Made by a program: the position numbers and the translations under genes
The notes under the pieces: model-generated
The model's database searches: none
Told to the model about the DNA's origin: nothing
The model's input: the letters and a program-made list of their open reading frames with translations, nothing else
Shown here: positions 25,901-38,319 of the stretch, piece by piece
Numbering within the stretch: the stretch's first letter is position 1
Layout: every line of letters begins with the position of its first letter
Assembly (NCBI RefSeq): GCF_018977255.1
Contig: NW_024704743.1
Location: 31,002,001-31,066,000, forward strand
Length of the DNA stretch: 64,000 bases
Origin: Callorhinchus milii
Lineage: Eukaryota
Reading direction: 5' to 3'

Positions 25901-28169
25901 CATGTGATCACCAGCTTAAACTGAACACCAAGATGGGAAAGCCCAACAACAAAAAGCACGCTGCAGATATTGTGCAATAAAATAAAATAATTAATAAAAT
26001 AATAAAACCACATTTGGCACCAAGTTTTGAGCTGCAATACAATGTGGTGGATTTGACCGTTGAGCAGACACCAAACGTCACAAATCAGGCGAGAGGCTAC
26101 TGAAATAAAAGCCCAATTCCCGCAGCAACCTTATCTACTTCTCTGTAAAATATACTTGCACCAAAATACACTGTGTAATCACTCAACATAATCAGTTAAT
26201 AAACATATACTTACCTCGTTCACAATCTATTCTGTTGCTGTCCACCATGGAGAATAATAGATCAATAACAGTGCATCACAAGGCCATTATTCAACCTCAG
26301 CAGTTGCAGCGATGCACTAAACTACGAGTTCATAGCTCAAGTACTTTAAGGCTTCCAAAAGGAGACTCAGCTGAAAATTACTGTCTACATACAGCCTGTT
26401 GTCATTCCAATATATACACCGAAGAAATTATGTTTTGTTTTCTTCACTATTAGACAGTGTGTGTCTAATGGTAGCGCCTTGGGATGTCCTCCTGACTTGA
26501 AAGGCGCTGTACAAATGTAATTTTGTATTGTACTGTGTTTGCAGATACCAGTAAAAGCAAAGCGATATAGGTGAAAATGGAACAAGTCAACAGTGGTAAA
26601 GGTATTGAAGGCACAGGTTATCATATTATTACAGAGTTGGGGGGAAAGGTTCCGAAAGCAAATATATAAATAAGTATAATAAAATAAAACATAAACTATC
26701 CAGTATTGATGAGAATGCATTTATAATGTAACAACGCAATACATCCTTGATAATCTAATAGAGTAAATCTCACATAAGTTATATCAGTCAGGACCATAAC
26801 ATTTAATTTGACTTACGTGAAGTCCGATTTGCAGGCAAACTACATCAATCATGTAATCAGTAATCTACACTGTACATGCAGAACTCAATGCAGCCAGTAA
26901 GTATGCAATAGTTCCTCACTGTAGCATCCCATGTGGTGAGGGGTCAAGCCTACGTTTCCCAAGAATCAATGCATCTTTAACAGTCGCCACATGCGCACTT
27001 ACTGGGAAGCACTGGAACCGCTTTGAATCGTAGGAAATTAACTTCTTCTGCGAATGCGTTGATGGGTCAGAACGTCATTTCCCACCATTTAATGCAGCGG
27101 GTAAGTGAGGGAATAATGGGGGATAGTGGAGCGACATAAGAGTTAGGCGGTGATAAATATGACTAGTGCAAAGAAATATAAGTGGGTTTCATAGGAAACT
27201 GAAATGGTACTTGAGCAGATTTACAATTTAAGCGATTATATGATTTATAAAGATAAGACTTAACAACATGTTTTACTGTATTTATTGGTCCACTGATATA
27301 TAGATCAGTGTGACCATCTTATAAAAGGGTGTTATTCTGCTCTGTATGCTCCAGATGGTGAACTATTTACTATCGGCTAACCACTGTTCTGTTAAATGCG
27401 TCAATTTTACTAATTTATCCCTCGGAAATAATCCAACGTCTCAAAACCTCTTTTTGCCTTTTAGACCATGTGAGAACTGATTCTCAAATAGCCTGAAGCT
27501 GCTAGTGTGTGGAAAGCACCTTTTTTGCTTTGTGGGGCTGCATCCAACTCCCGTCATCAACTCAAACACCTTTTCTGTCATCAGATCTTCTCTGATCTCT
27601 GGGGAACTTCCAGATCGGCCTGAAACACCAAAATCACATTGCTAGCTTCTTAGGGTGATAGTTCAACTCACACCAGCAAGAAAGACGGCTGTCGGAAATG
27701 TATCCTGCTCTGGCAGTGGGATGAAAGCCTGTGTCATGCAGCGGTGTCTCTGGAGGCAACCTAACGTTTTGTTAACAGTCTTGACCTGAGAGAGTATGGC
27801 AGGTAGAAGTGAATCCTGAACACATTTCTTCACACACAGGATTGTGAGGATGTGGAATGCACAGCTCCATTGATCCATATCTATATGAAACTTCTCAAAT
27901 ATTCACTGGCATTGATGGAACATGTTCACCTTGACCACATCCAACAGTAATGCTCAGTTCTCAGGAACAAGCTCTATCTGGCTGCATCAATTGCATTGAC
28001 AAATCCATGCTATCTATGGCTGTAGCCTTGTATGGTTTCAGATACTGGCATCAAATATTTCTGTAATAGAAATAACTACATTACAAAGAAATTTGTTGTA
28101 AATCAGAGTCCCTCCATTCTCTTTTTTTAAAATAACGGTCTTATTGATTTAAAAAAAATGGTTCTCCAT

Positions 28170-28460
28170 GGAGTTGGAAGGGAAGGGATGTAAGCAAGGT
28201 ATCCATGAGCTGAGCTGGCTCCAAGATGATGTGTTTGGCAACAGAATGTTGGCATTAAGTCAACCCTCTGTGGTGGCGGTCTCGGTGGTCCAGTTCCTGA
28301 GTCAGGCAGGTCTGCCCGATTACAGACCAGACAGCCTGGCTTGTTAGCAGGACTTGATGGGGTGGGCTGGTCATTGGGGGAAGGGATTTTGTCCAGTGTT
28401 GCTGTTAACTTTTTTCCACTGTCCTAGATGGACAAGCAGAGGGAAACTTGTGCTGCTGCT
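28170..28460 (+). repeat. Family Y (LF-SINE-related) copy, 5' part
   Basis: tggctccaagatg...tttggcaac...ccctctg...ggtctcggtggtccagttcctga...ggacaagcagagggaaactt; colinear with 53163-53720 and 38320-39040. Confidence 0.75.
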
Positions 28461-28849
28461 GTTTGCAATTGGCTGCTGCGTTTCATCCACAAAATATACA
28501 TTTTCAGTCAGAGGCATCAAATCACTCACATTGGACCATCATAGCTTGGGTGTATTGCACCATCCACTGAGAATTGGAGAGCCTGCCACTTTTCTAGAGC
28601 TGTGGTACAAACTTGATTTATTCTCAGTCATTCAAATCAACAAGAAACTCTTGAAATAACTTTTACAAGCAGTGTATGATCATCCACCCTGAGCACCATT
28701 GTAAACAAAACCAGCCAAAGTCAATTTTGGGACTGAGATGTTCCTTATAATGACAGCCATCGACTGTTCAGACAAAGTTATAAAACAAGTTTTATGGAAC
28801 TGGAAAACAACCATTTAATTTTTCCAAATAAACAGTACCAGTTTGTGTT

Positions 28850-29020
28850 TGTGCTCAGTAACTGTTTGTGGGGCACTGTTGTGTGCAATGGTCTGCTGGT
28901 TTCGCCCAGAAAATATACAGATGTCACAAAATACACTTTTATAGCATATTCTGTAAAGCACTTTGAGATGTCTCAATGATGTGATAAGACGCGACATCAA
29001 ATGCAAGGAATATTAATAAT
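28850..29020 (+). mobile_element. SINE 3' half
   Basis: actgtttgtggggcactgttgtgtgcaat...gcactttgagatgtc...aaatgcaagg. Confidence 0.8.
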
Positions 29021-29024
29021 AACA

Positions 29025-29365
29025 GAATGGAGCTCAGCAGGGGCAGTGGTTGGTGCAGCTGCAATTGGCCTCCAGTGTCTCTGGGTTAGGAAGTGGGGGG
29101 AAAAAAACAATCACTGTCCTTGCTCCTGATCACTTTTCAGAGAACAATTGAACAAGTAAGTGTGTGGATGTCAGTCAAGGACATGATTGGGCTCTTCTTT
29201 GATGTTGCCCAGGGTCGGATACTCTGGCTGCACTCACCGTGAAGGCTTACATATGGTCATTTTATTAGCACTCTGGAGGATGCCTGTCATGGGACAATCC
29301 GTACTCCAGCAGATGGAAAATGGAGTCAAATGCCTTCAGGAGGGTAGAAAAATTGGCAAGGAAAA
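29025..29365 (+). repeat. Family X copy
   Basis: gcaattggcctc...gtgtggatgtcagtcaaggacatgattgggctc...gagtcaaatgccttcaggag, colinear with 20900-21235. Confidence 0.7.
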
Positions 29366-31409
29366 ACAAAAAATAACATGGCTCCAAACTCAATGGCATC
29401 AACTGTGCAATAATAATATAGGTCTGAGTGTTTAACTTTGTTCTAAAATAGCAGTAGTCTCTTAGGCAATTATAGACAAGTAGCTGCAAACAGCAGCAAC
29501 TCTCTGTAATTAAAGGTAATGCAAAATATATTTGGTCCCTTGAGAGTCTGTAGAAACTGAAGCAATAGAAAGCCTATCGAGGCAAGAGTGTAATTGCTAG
29601 CTAGAAGTTTCATGAATTGAAGTACTATTTCTATTACTGTTGTTTCTACAACAATCACCTGTGGCTTGTTTTAAAAAAAACACAAACAAAAGAACAAGAA
29701 CAAAAAGCATGTAATTCTATGTTATACATTTCAGAGTGCAATATGGTTTTGCATTGGGGGTACATTATACAAGGGAGGACCAATTATAACATCTTTGGCA
29801 CTAAGAAGCACATTCTCGTGAAGGTAATTGTTGTCTCCCAGTCTACTAAACCATAATCTGGAGCAGTGATTGGGGTCAGTGGTGTTGCAAGTTAGAAATT
29901 AGGGGTGAAAAATACAATATGCAATTTGATGAGCAATCCCCAAATATATGATTGATTTATACCAACACGAATTTGACACTTAACAATTCAGGCAGGTAAA
30001 ATACCCTTTGGAAGGTGTATGTACTACAGATAGGTCAGTACACTATACATCTATACAGCCATATGATTCACCTTTTCCGTTTTAAGAGATCCCCCCCTCT
30101 CATCTACAAGTTGCAGGGGGGTGGGTTATATCAAGGGTGCAGAATGCTTTCTCGCTGTTCCAGTGCTTATTGAACACTCAAACCATTTGATACATTATGA
30201 AATTATAATCCTTTAAACCTCTGACTTTCAGGGTGATTTATTTTTCTATTTTTAAACTCAAAAGTGATTTAAAACTTCACTGCAACACATATTTTAGACC
30301 AGATCAATGCAGAACCAAAGATTTTATGTCAGTTAAATGTGATTTTTTTTCAACAATCATTTTAGCCAGTAAAGACAGGGCAAGATTTAATTGTAATATT
30401 GAAATGAAGGTTGTACATTCTGCACATTCTAAAACATTACAATTCATTGTCATTTTCTTTTGGTTCCCTTATTCCTGTCATAACTATGATGTATTTGTGC
30501 AGTTGAAGAGCTGATCAAAGACTCTAGTTTCAGTAGCCAAGGCATACGTGGTCTGCTTGGAAGCAATCTCAATGAATGTAAGAAAATTGCTAGACGAAAA
30601 AAGACCAAGGACTATCCAGTTTGCCTTCCACCATCTTGGCAGTCACGTGCACATGTCATGTCCCAAACTATACACTGTATCTCAAGATATTATTTCCTGA
30701 AAGAAATGTTTACAACCTTGGTCAAATGAAGTTCAGGATATACATCTCATTTTTAAGTAAATTTTCAAAGGTAGACTGCAAATACTATAGAAAGCTAAAG
30801 TTCATTTTGCCAAAGGTTTAGGACATTTCTGAATGCAGTGCACAGTAGATGTTCATGGACACACTGTCTCAGATCTATGAGGGTCTTTCAAATTAGAATT
30901 TTTCTTTTTGCAATCGACTGTCCACGCTTCTGAGCTCAGAACTCATCATAGTCGTTCATTGTGACATCTCAGACTTTCAACTTCCTACATGAATTTTATT
31001 TCTGTTCAATCTTTTAGACGTTTGTAAAATTCATTCAGATTCTTTTTAATCCTCCTGGTTTCTAATTATTTGTGTTATTGTATGCTTTATTTCTAATTTA
31101 TGAGATGTAATCACTCTTGTTTGTTAGTAAACTCATTTTCAGTTTAATTGGCCTGTGCCAGATTGTAATACTGTACTTCAATCTTCTGACAGAGACTGAG
31201 TGAGTAGCTGGAGACAAGTGGTAATGTATTAATCATTAAGTGCTGTTGGAGCTTGTAAAAGGCACACAACTTGAAAAGGCATGTTACCCAAAAGGGTCAT
31301 CATTCTAGTTCATAAGCGCACAGTCTGCTTATGTAAATTCGTAAAGCAACAAATAGGAATTTGCTATAATTTTAATACAGTATAAATTTCTGAAAACCTT
31401 TTGAATTAA

Positions 31410-32810
31410 TAATAAATAATACTATTCTTTGCATTTGGTATAGTGCCATTAGGAGGACATTTCAAAGCTCTTCATAGAATTTACTGCAAAATGTAGTGAT
31501 TATGCTTATTTTTCAGGCGAGTACAGCAGCCAATTTGCGAGCAGCAATGTGCCCACAAACAGCCTTGAAGTAAATTGAAACACTGCCACTCCCCCACCCA
31601 CCGCCAAAATCAATGTCCTTAATTCCCACTCTACAGGTAATCTTTTTTTGCTGGTCAGAGTAAATGGTAGATATGTACTTCAGGACTTTACCAATCCATT
31701 CCCAAGATCAATTCACACAGAGCCAAGATGGATAATGCCACATTGCTGATTCGTCCTTCCATCTCTCCCAGCCACAGAAGCTCTTTGTCTCCCAGCAGCC
31801 TGGCTGAGAATTCCTGTGGAGACCACATTATATTCTAGTCCCATTAAAATAGACTCAATTTTCAACTTGGAAAAAAAATATGTACTGCAGACACCATGCA
31901 AAATCTCCAGATATAGAAACAGCCACAAACATTCATAACTTGCATCATATTTAGAGCGTAGAAGCTCACCAGACTGCATGACCTATTGCATGATTAATTT
32001 GAAGCTTGACTGATGCTTCAGACTCTCACCATGGGTTACACAAGTCAAACTGAAGATGAAAATAAAAGCAGAGGATAAAAGCAGCTCGAGGGTATAATTG
32101 CTTCAGCTGTATGCAGGGAAAACATCCCTAAACAACTTAGAAGTACTGAGTCTGAACAGACTCTGCTAAGTCTGTAGTAAGCACAACATGTATGTTGATT
32201 TGTTTATTCTTTCTTCCTTTTGTTCCATTAAAATTACTTCGATATTGAAGCGTTTTGAGACGTCTCGAGGACGTGATAAGGTGCTATATCAAATGGATCA
32301 TTATTATTATATTGGGGTAAAAATTGTGATATGGTATATTGATTCAAAGTGTGGTCGAACCAGTTGAAAATTAATCGCCTGGCACGGGGATGAAATTCCC
32401 CTTCCCTGACTATTATAATAACAATAATCCTTGCATTTGATATAGTGCCTTATTACGTCTTCAAGATGTTTCAAAGCACTTCACAGGATATACTGTAAAG
32501 TGAATTGACTATATTTTGTGGGTAAAATTATGGCACAATGGTTGAGCATGCAATGCAGCCTTTCTGTTGTTAACAGCAGAGAGTAACATTTGACTACTGC
32601 CTTATGGATACCTTTTACCTCAAAACACTACACTCCATTTCTGGCAACAACAACAATAAATAATAAAAATCCTTATATTTGGTTTTGTGCCTTTCACGTT
32701 AGGAAGACATTTCAAAGTGCTACACTGTAAAATATAGTGATTTTGTGTAGTATGTTTTTGTGGGTGAATGCCGGAGCCTATTTGCACACAGCAATGTCAC
32801 ACAAACTGCC
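31410..32810. mobile_element. Cluster of short SINE tails: about 31410-31570(-), 32247-32312(+), 32413-32522(-), 32660-32810(-)
   Basis: Each has the tccttgcatttgatatag or cccacaaac family motifs, or their complement. Confidence 0.75.
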
Positions 32811-34682
32811 ATAAAAAAACATAATTTAAGTGTAGAAATTCATAAAGTATTTAACATGAATACCCAGGCCCTCTAACCCTCCCCTTCCCCCCACCCCACC
32901 TTCCAGAGGAAGCACTCTTACCGTTGACATCGCAGATCATTTGATTTATGATACGTGGGATTGCACCTTTGTGGTTAAAAAAAATTGAAAGTAAAGCCCC
33001 CATGCCACTGACTGTTACATTCACGACCTGGCTTCAAGGGCAATATTGAGAATGTTGCTGGGGGTGGAGAGGCGGGGGAGCATATATATACTTTCTGGTA
33101 CATCAGGGAAATTCCTATTTCTAAAGTTAAATTTCTAAAGTTAAACCTCAAGGCCCGATGTTCGTATCCTATTTATTTTCAATTCTATACTGAGAGTGTT
33201 ATTCCACTGTGCACCTAAAATTACCTTGGGAAGGGGGGATTCCATTGCTCTTTGGATTACCCCCTATACTTTAAAGACACCAGCTGGGTGCTAAAAGTCA
33301 AGCTTGTGACATCCACTGTTTTCACTTATATGTTGGTGTTCAACTATCCTGTGAAGGTTTCATGAACCAGAAGAAAAATGGGCTTCAGATTGGTATGAAT
33401 TAGAATCTAAAGCTAATTTGCTTTTAATATTAAACTTGGAACAATAAGGTTTGCTTGAAGTTTATAACCGCTCTTGATTACAACTCTGCAATTGCAGTGT
33501 CTACCAACTTGCTCCTGAAACACACAAGCCTACAAATTAGAAATTCATGAGTATGTAAATGATATTTTGTTTGTATTAGGGTATGCTGAATACTCCCAAA
33601 CAACAATCCCCCCAAAATAAAAAAACAGTCATTCACTTGTTTGTGGAACTCTGCACAAATTGTTTGTATATCCGGTGAAGTGCTTTCTCCAGACGTGAAA
33701 GGCACTATACTAAATGAAAAGATTATTATTATTACATAAAGTTCAAAATAATGTTCAGTCCCGCAATTTATAGGAATTGGCAAGCTGATCTGTGCAGAAG
33801 TGGCTGATGATTATTATCTAACTATTATTATTACTGCTGTTTAATAAAGGCTCCACTCACTGAATGATTTTCTTTGATACGATTCATGTTGAATCATGCC
33901 CCTCCAATCTACTATTGAGCCTCCTATTATAAACATAGAGAAGCAAAGTCTCGATATTTAGTGGTCAGAGCAATCTAGCTCCCCAACTCTTTCTGAAAAC
34001 AGCTCACCCCAGGAAATATTTATGTTGTATACAATAATATAAAATGGCTTGTGTTTCATGATTGTGAAATGTATGCTCAAATTTCACATTGTTCAGTCAT
34101 TTGTTCTGAGATTAGCCTTTTGTCCAAATAGAAGTCCCTTTGCTATACCACTCTTGCATTGCTTTCTTTGCGACACCCATGGTGAGTCCAGTACTGCTGT
34201 TACATTACTGGTTTGTATCCAGCCCATGTCAGGAGGAATAAAGCAATGTACAGCAGCTAATATTGCCAGCATCAGATTTGGCGAGACTCAATTTAAATTT
34301 GGATCAGTGATTTATGGCGGATCGAGTGCTCAAGAACAGCAGATAGCCAGATTTCTGCCAGACTGAGGTTTTTACAATGTAAGTTAACATCCCAAAAGTA
34401 CTGAAATAGAGGGCTGCCTTCTCCTTCACACCACATTTCCAGATGCTGAATGGGTAATATAAAAAGGGTGTAACATTCTTAGGGTTACATCCAACTAAGT
34501 AGTCCTAAACATTTAATTGTCAAAAGTTAACACAAAGTAAAATTTACTTCTCACACTTGAAACCAAGCCTCATAACTCCCAGCACCTTAAATTTTAAGTG
34601 CGAGAAGTATATTTTACATTGAGCTAACTTTTGACCATTAGTCGTGCCAGTACAATTTGGTGTGAGTCATAGCGAACCATTT

Positions 34683-35125
34683 ACAACAACAACAGCAAGA
34701 AGATTGCATTTATAGAGCGCCTTTCACGTCGGGAGGACGTCCCAAGGCGCTGGACAGTTGGATCGTGATCCAAGCAGGAGGGAAATGGTCAGGGTGAGGG
34801 GAGGGAAGGGAGGGAGCGAGGAGGGGGTAGAGAGTCGAGAGGGGAGCTGAAGGCACGATTGAAGAGAAAGGTCTTGAGACCGGCCTTGAAGGAGGAAAGG
34901 GAGGAAGCAAGGCGAAGGCATTGGGGGATGGAGTTCCAGAGCCTAGGGGCTGAGAGGCTGAAAGCCCGGCCACTGATGGTAGGGCGGTTGGGGCGGGGGA
35001 TGTGGAGCAGACCGGAGCCAGAGGAACGGAGGGTACGGGCAGGTACATAGGGGATAGTAGGTCGGAGAGGTAGGAGGGTGCAAGGCCGTGAATGGCCTTG
35101 TAGGTGAGGATGAGGATCTTGAATT
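34683..35125 (-). mobile_element. Young L2 3' fragment
   Basis: KFKILILTYKAIHGLAPSYLSDLL; 3' UTR and (TTG)n tail match 55733-56165. Confidence 0.96.
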
Positions 35126-35589
35126 TATACATGAAAAATCCTAGAGACACCTTGATGCGGACTGTATCTTATTTCACTTTATACCATAAGGAGCAAATGT
35201 CTACGTAGATCAAACACTGGGAAGCAAAATTGGTTCCTGAATACATCGCTTGAGATATTTCAGATAATAAATGGAATACTTGCACATTGAAAATCCAAAT
35301 GAAAAAAAACTAATTTCTCCTCAAAAAGCTTGAACTTTAGAAAGGTTTTTGAAAATTACGATTTAAATGTCAGAATGGAATGAATTGTTAGCACTTGACA
35401 CTTAGCATTTGTATAGGAATCATGTACTCCGGCTGGTGTAATATCAACCAAGAATGCAGAGTGGATGGTAAAATGCATCGAGTAAAAGCCATACCATACT
35501 CGATCCATTTTTTTGTATTCTCACTTTGGGAGGGTGATGTGGAAGTGGTGGTGGTGGTGGGCTAGAAGCAAATACTCATTCTAGGCGAG

Positions 35590-35920
35590 GAGGGACTTGG
35601 AGGGGCAGACTAGTCACTGGGGCAGGGATTTTTCTCATTCGGCTCCCGTTAACTCTGTGTGAAATCCCGAATGGGTAGGGTGGTCCTCGCTGGATCAGCA
35701 GCAGGAAGCTTTTAATTTGTCAGTGCTTTCAGTAGCAAGCTGAGCCGTTTTAGCTGGTTAGACGCCAGCAGTACCACCAATGCACACTCCTGGGTCCCCA
35801 AGCCTTGGAGAGTGCGCATTCAATTCCAATATGTGGGAGTTTCCACGTATAGGTGTCAGGCATAGAACTCTGGTTTGGGTACTTTCAAGCAAGGTTTCTG
35901 CTGACCAAAGAAAATCAGAC
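35590..35920 (+). repeat. Family Y copy, 3' part
   Basis: ggggcagactagtcactggggcaggga...ttttagctggttagacgccagcagtacc...gtccccaagccttgg...gagagtgcgcattc...ttccacgtataggtg, matching 53345-53665. Confidence 0.8.
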
Positions 35921-36844
35921 AACAAAGTCAGTTGCAAAGTCAAGTGGCAACATGGCTTTGCCACGGATGCATCAAAGTCAGATGTCCCCTTTTCTCTGGG
36001 TTATCCCACAATGGCAAGTCATCTGTTGGATACCCTCAGAATACAACCCAGGCGTCAGGAGTAATACTGGGCCCAGTCGAGATGCTTGCAATCCCTTTTT
36101 TCTCTCATATACAGCATTCAGTCTTTTATATTTTATTGTGCGCAAGTGAGAATTCCCGCCTGGCACTGAAGCCCTGAAGGCATTTAGTAATCAAGAGAAC
36201 CACCTTCAAGAACGGTAACAGGCACCGAGTTAATGATCTGTATTGAAGTGAAAGGAAGTTAAATACAGAATTCATGGAAACAGCCACTGAGGCAAGTCAG
36301 TGGAAGGAACCGAAGAAGCACATGATCTCTTTTCTCCAGTAACCAGCGTTTCGGTAATCCACTGGCGATCCTGACGTGTCAAATTGCAGGACCTCAGTTG
36401 ACCTTCAAACACCAGTTTTTCAGCATGACTGAGGACCCAAATAACCAGGCAGTATGTAATAAGACAGGTCTGGGCATGCTCTTAACCTCATTAGCCACTT
36501 CAACAACTGTAGCCGTTGAAATGAAGTGCTCTTCCTGATGCAAGCATGACCACAAAACCAGCTCAGTAACACTGGATTTGGTTACCACAACGTCAATGTT
36601 TGATGCATTTTTTTAAAATTAAAATCATCACACATGTCGAAAGATCTCAATTTTGCTTATTTTTCCATTGATTTTTCTCGATGGTAATGTTACTTTTAAA
36701 AAATGACTGTTTTTGTTCTCTGTACTCGGATGGCTCCCACTGTTCCCGCCCACTTCTTCCAGGCTCAAAATATTTTTTAATATAAAGACCCCACTGTTAA
36801 CAACACATTCTAACTGAGCCATGAGATTTGAAATATCACAATGT

Positions 36845-37050
36845 CAGGATTGGGTGACTCAATAGGTTGGCAGACTGTTATTTCAGCCTCTGGGATCTGG
36901 GGCAGACTGATGGAATTTAAGTCTCTTCTTTCTGCCAGCTGTAAGTGTCAACTCCATTCTCAGTGAATGTAAGCCGACAGCATAACATTGTCCAAAATGT
37001 GGCACTACATACTTGGACTTTGTAAGATCAGTTGGAAAATGGCTGGTAAG
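36845..37050 (+). repeat. Degenerate LF-SINE-like SINE head
   Basis: gggtgactcaatagg...tttcagcctctgggatctggg...cagactgatgg. A similar head, cctttcacctttgggacctgggttcaaat, lies on the minus strand at about 2404-2439. Resemblance to LF-SINE is from memory. Confidence 0.4.
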
Positions 37051-37535
37051 TGAATATGAAAAATGTCACAGCGGTACAGTGCTTTGGAGGTTAAGTTGCT
37101 AAGTATAAATTGGTTCTTGCTGAGACTGAACAGAAAATGGCCATTGTCAGTTCGCTGTTGTTTCTGGCATGGACTGGCTAGCTCTCAGCATATTATATTT
37201 ATAAAAAAAACTAAATGTATACATGTATATATTTATAAATATATAATATTTGTATATTTATATAAAAAAATGCACCTACCAGCATTTTGATGCACTACTA
37301 TGGCCAGCACAGCACACAAGAAGAGCAGTTATCACTGGATTATTTTGCAAATCTTTCATGGCTTTAGCTTCCGTAAAATGCATATGGATTACTATGCCCA
37401 ACTGATGCCCAAGCTAGGCAAAACTTGCATTATGATCATGTAAATCCTTACAACAACAACAACAGAACAGACTGGAAACCCTTTCTTCTGTACGGTCTAA
37501 TATATACAATATACTGTACATTGCCGCCATCTTAC

Positions 37536-37598
37536 CTTGTGACCATATGGGGAATACGACTGAAACAGCTGCGATAACTCCCTGGTTCTCTTTTTTTT
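37536..37598 (-). CDS. CDKAL1: CDKAL1 coding exon (63 nt; equivalent to human exon 13), linker leading into the TRAM domain
   Basis: Translates as KKKRTRELSQLFQSYSPYGHK (human, recalled: KKQRTKDLSRVFHSYSPYDHK). Acceptor tttttctttcAG at 37600-37599, donor GTaag from 37535. Phase 0 at both ends, in frame with the 181-nt exon. Confidence 0.96.
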
Positions 37599-38319
37599 CT
37601 GAAAGAAAAAGGAGCCAATAATAAAAAAACCTTTGAATAATAAGTGCACAAATGTAGAATCACATTTTTCACATGACAACAGTCGTAGTAACTCCAGCCA
37701 TAGACAGGATAGTGGAGTAAGCAGGTAGTGGCAGATCAAAATCAATGTAGAGAAATGCTATGTAAAGCAGAGATCTGTTATAATATGATGACCATTTATG
37801 GCACTTGCTCCAGGAAATCAGTCAGCTTTACTGGCACAACAAAACACCAGCCAGTGAGGGGAAGATAACACTGTCAACCTCCTGGGTAGAGTAACCCCAA
37901 CATTACTTCCTGTGCTAACCAGAAATTTGAAGCACCATTAGAGCTGGTGGTTGCATTTGAGTTTTTATATAAATATATATTTTAAAATGTGGTTTATATA
38001 TACATATATAAATATAAATAAATGCAAAGTTGGTGTTTTGGGTAAATAAATTTTGGGATGCATCATAGGGTTCTACTGTAAAACATTTTCACAAGAGCAA
38101 AAACAAATCCTGTATGGTAATATTCTTAATTGAATAGTAGACCATGGAGAATTAGGAGTAAGAATAGATAGGTAGGAGAGCAAATAGACAAGACCAAAAA
38201 CTGGCAATCAGAATTACAAGCTGCATATGGAGCAGCATTGAACGCAGAGCAGCACTGATTACAGAGCAAGGAAGTGATGTTGAATTTGTGCAAAATACTG
38301 TTTAGGCAGATTGCATCCA

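Larger units (their letters stand above)
1..37535 (-). other. CDKAL1: CDKAL1 intron (at least 37.5 kb, probably continuing beyond the window)
   Basis: Starts at the GTAAG donor at 37535. The expected next exon (IGERQQVLVTEES...) was not found by eye. Confidence 0.75.

Noticed and set aside
26207..26225. ATACTTACCT as U1 snRNA 5' end or missing CDKAL1 exon donor
   Set aside because: Only 10 nt match U1, and the upstream minus-strand sequence does not encode the next CDKAL1 exon.
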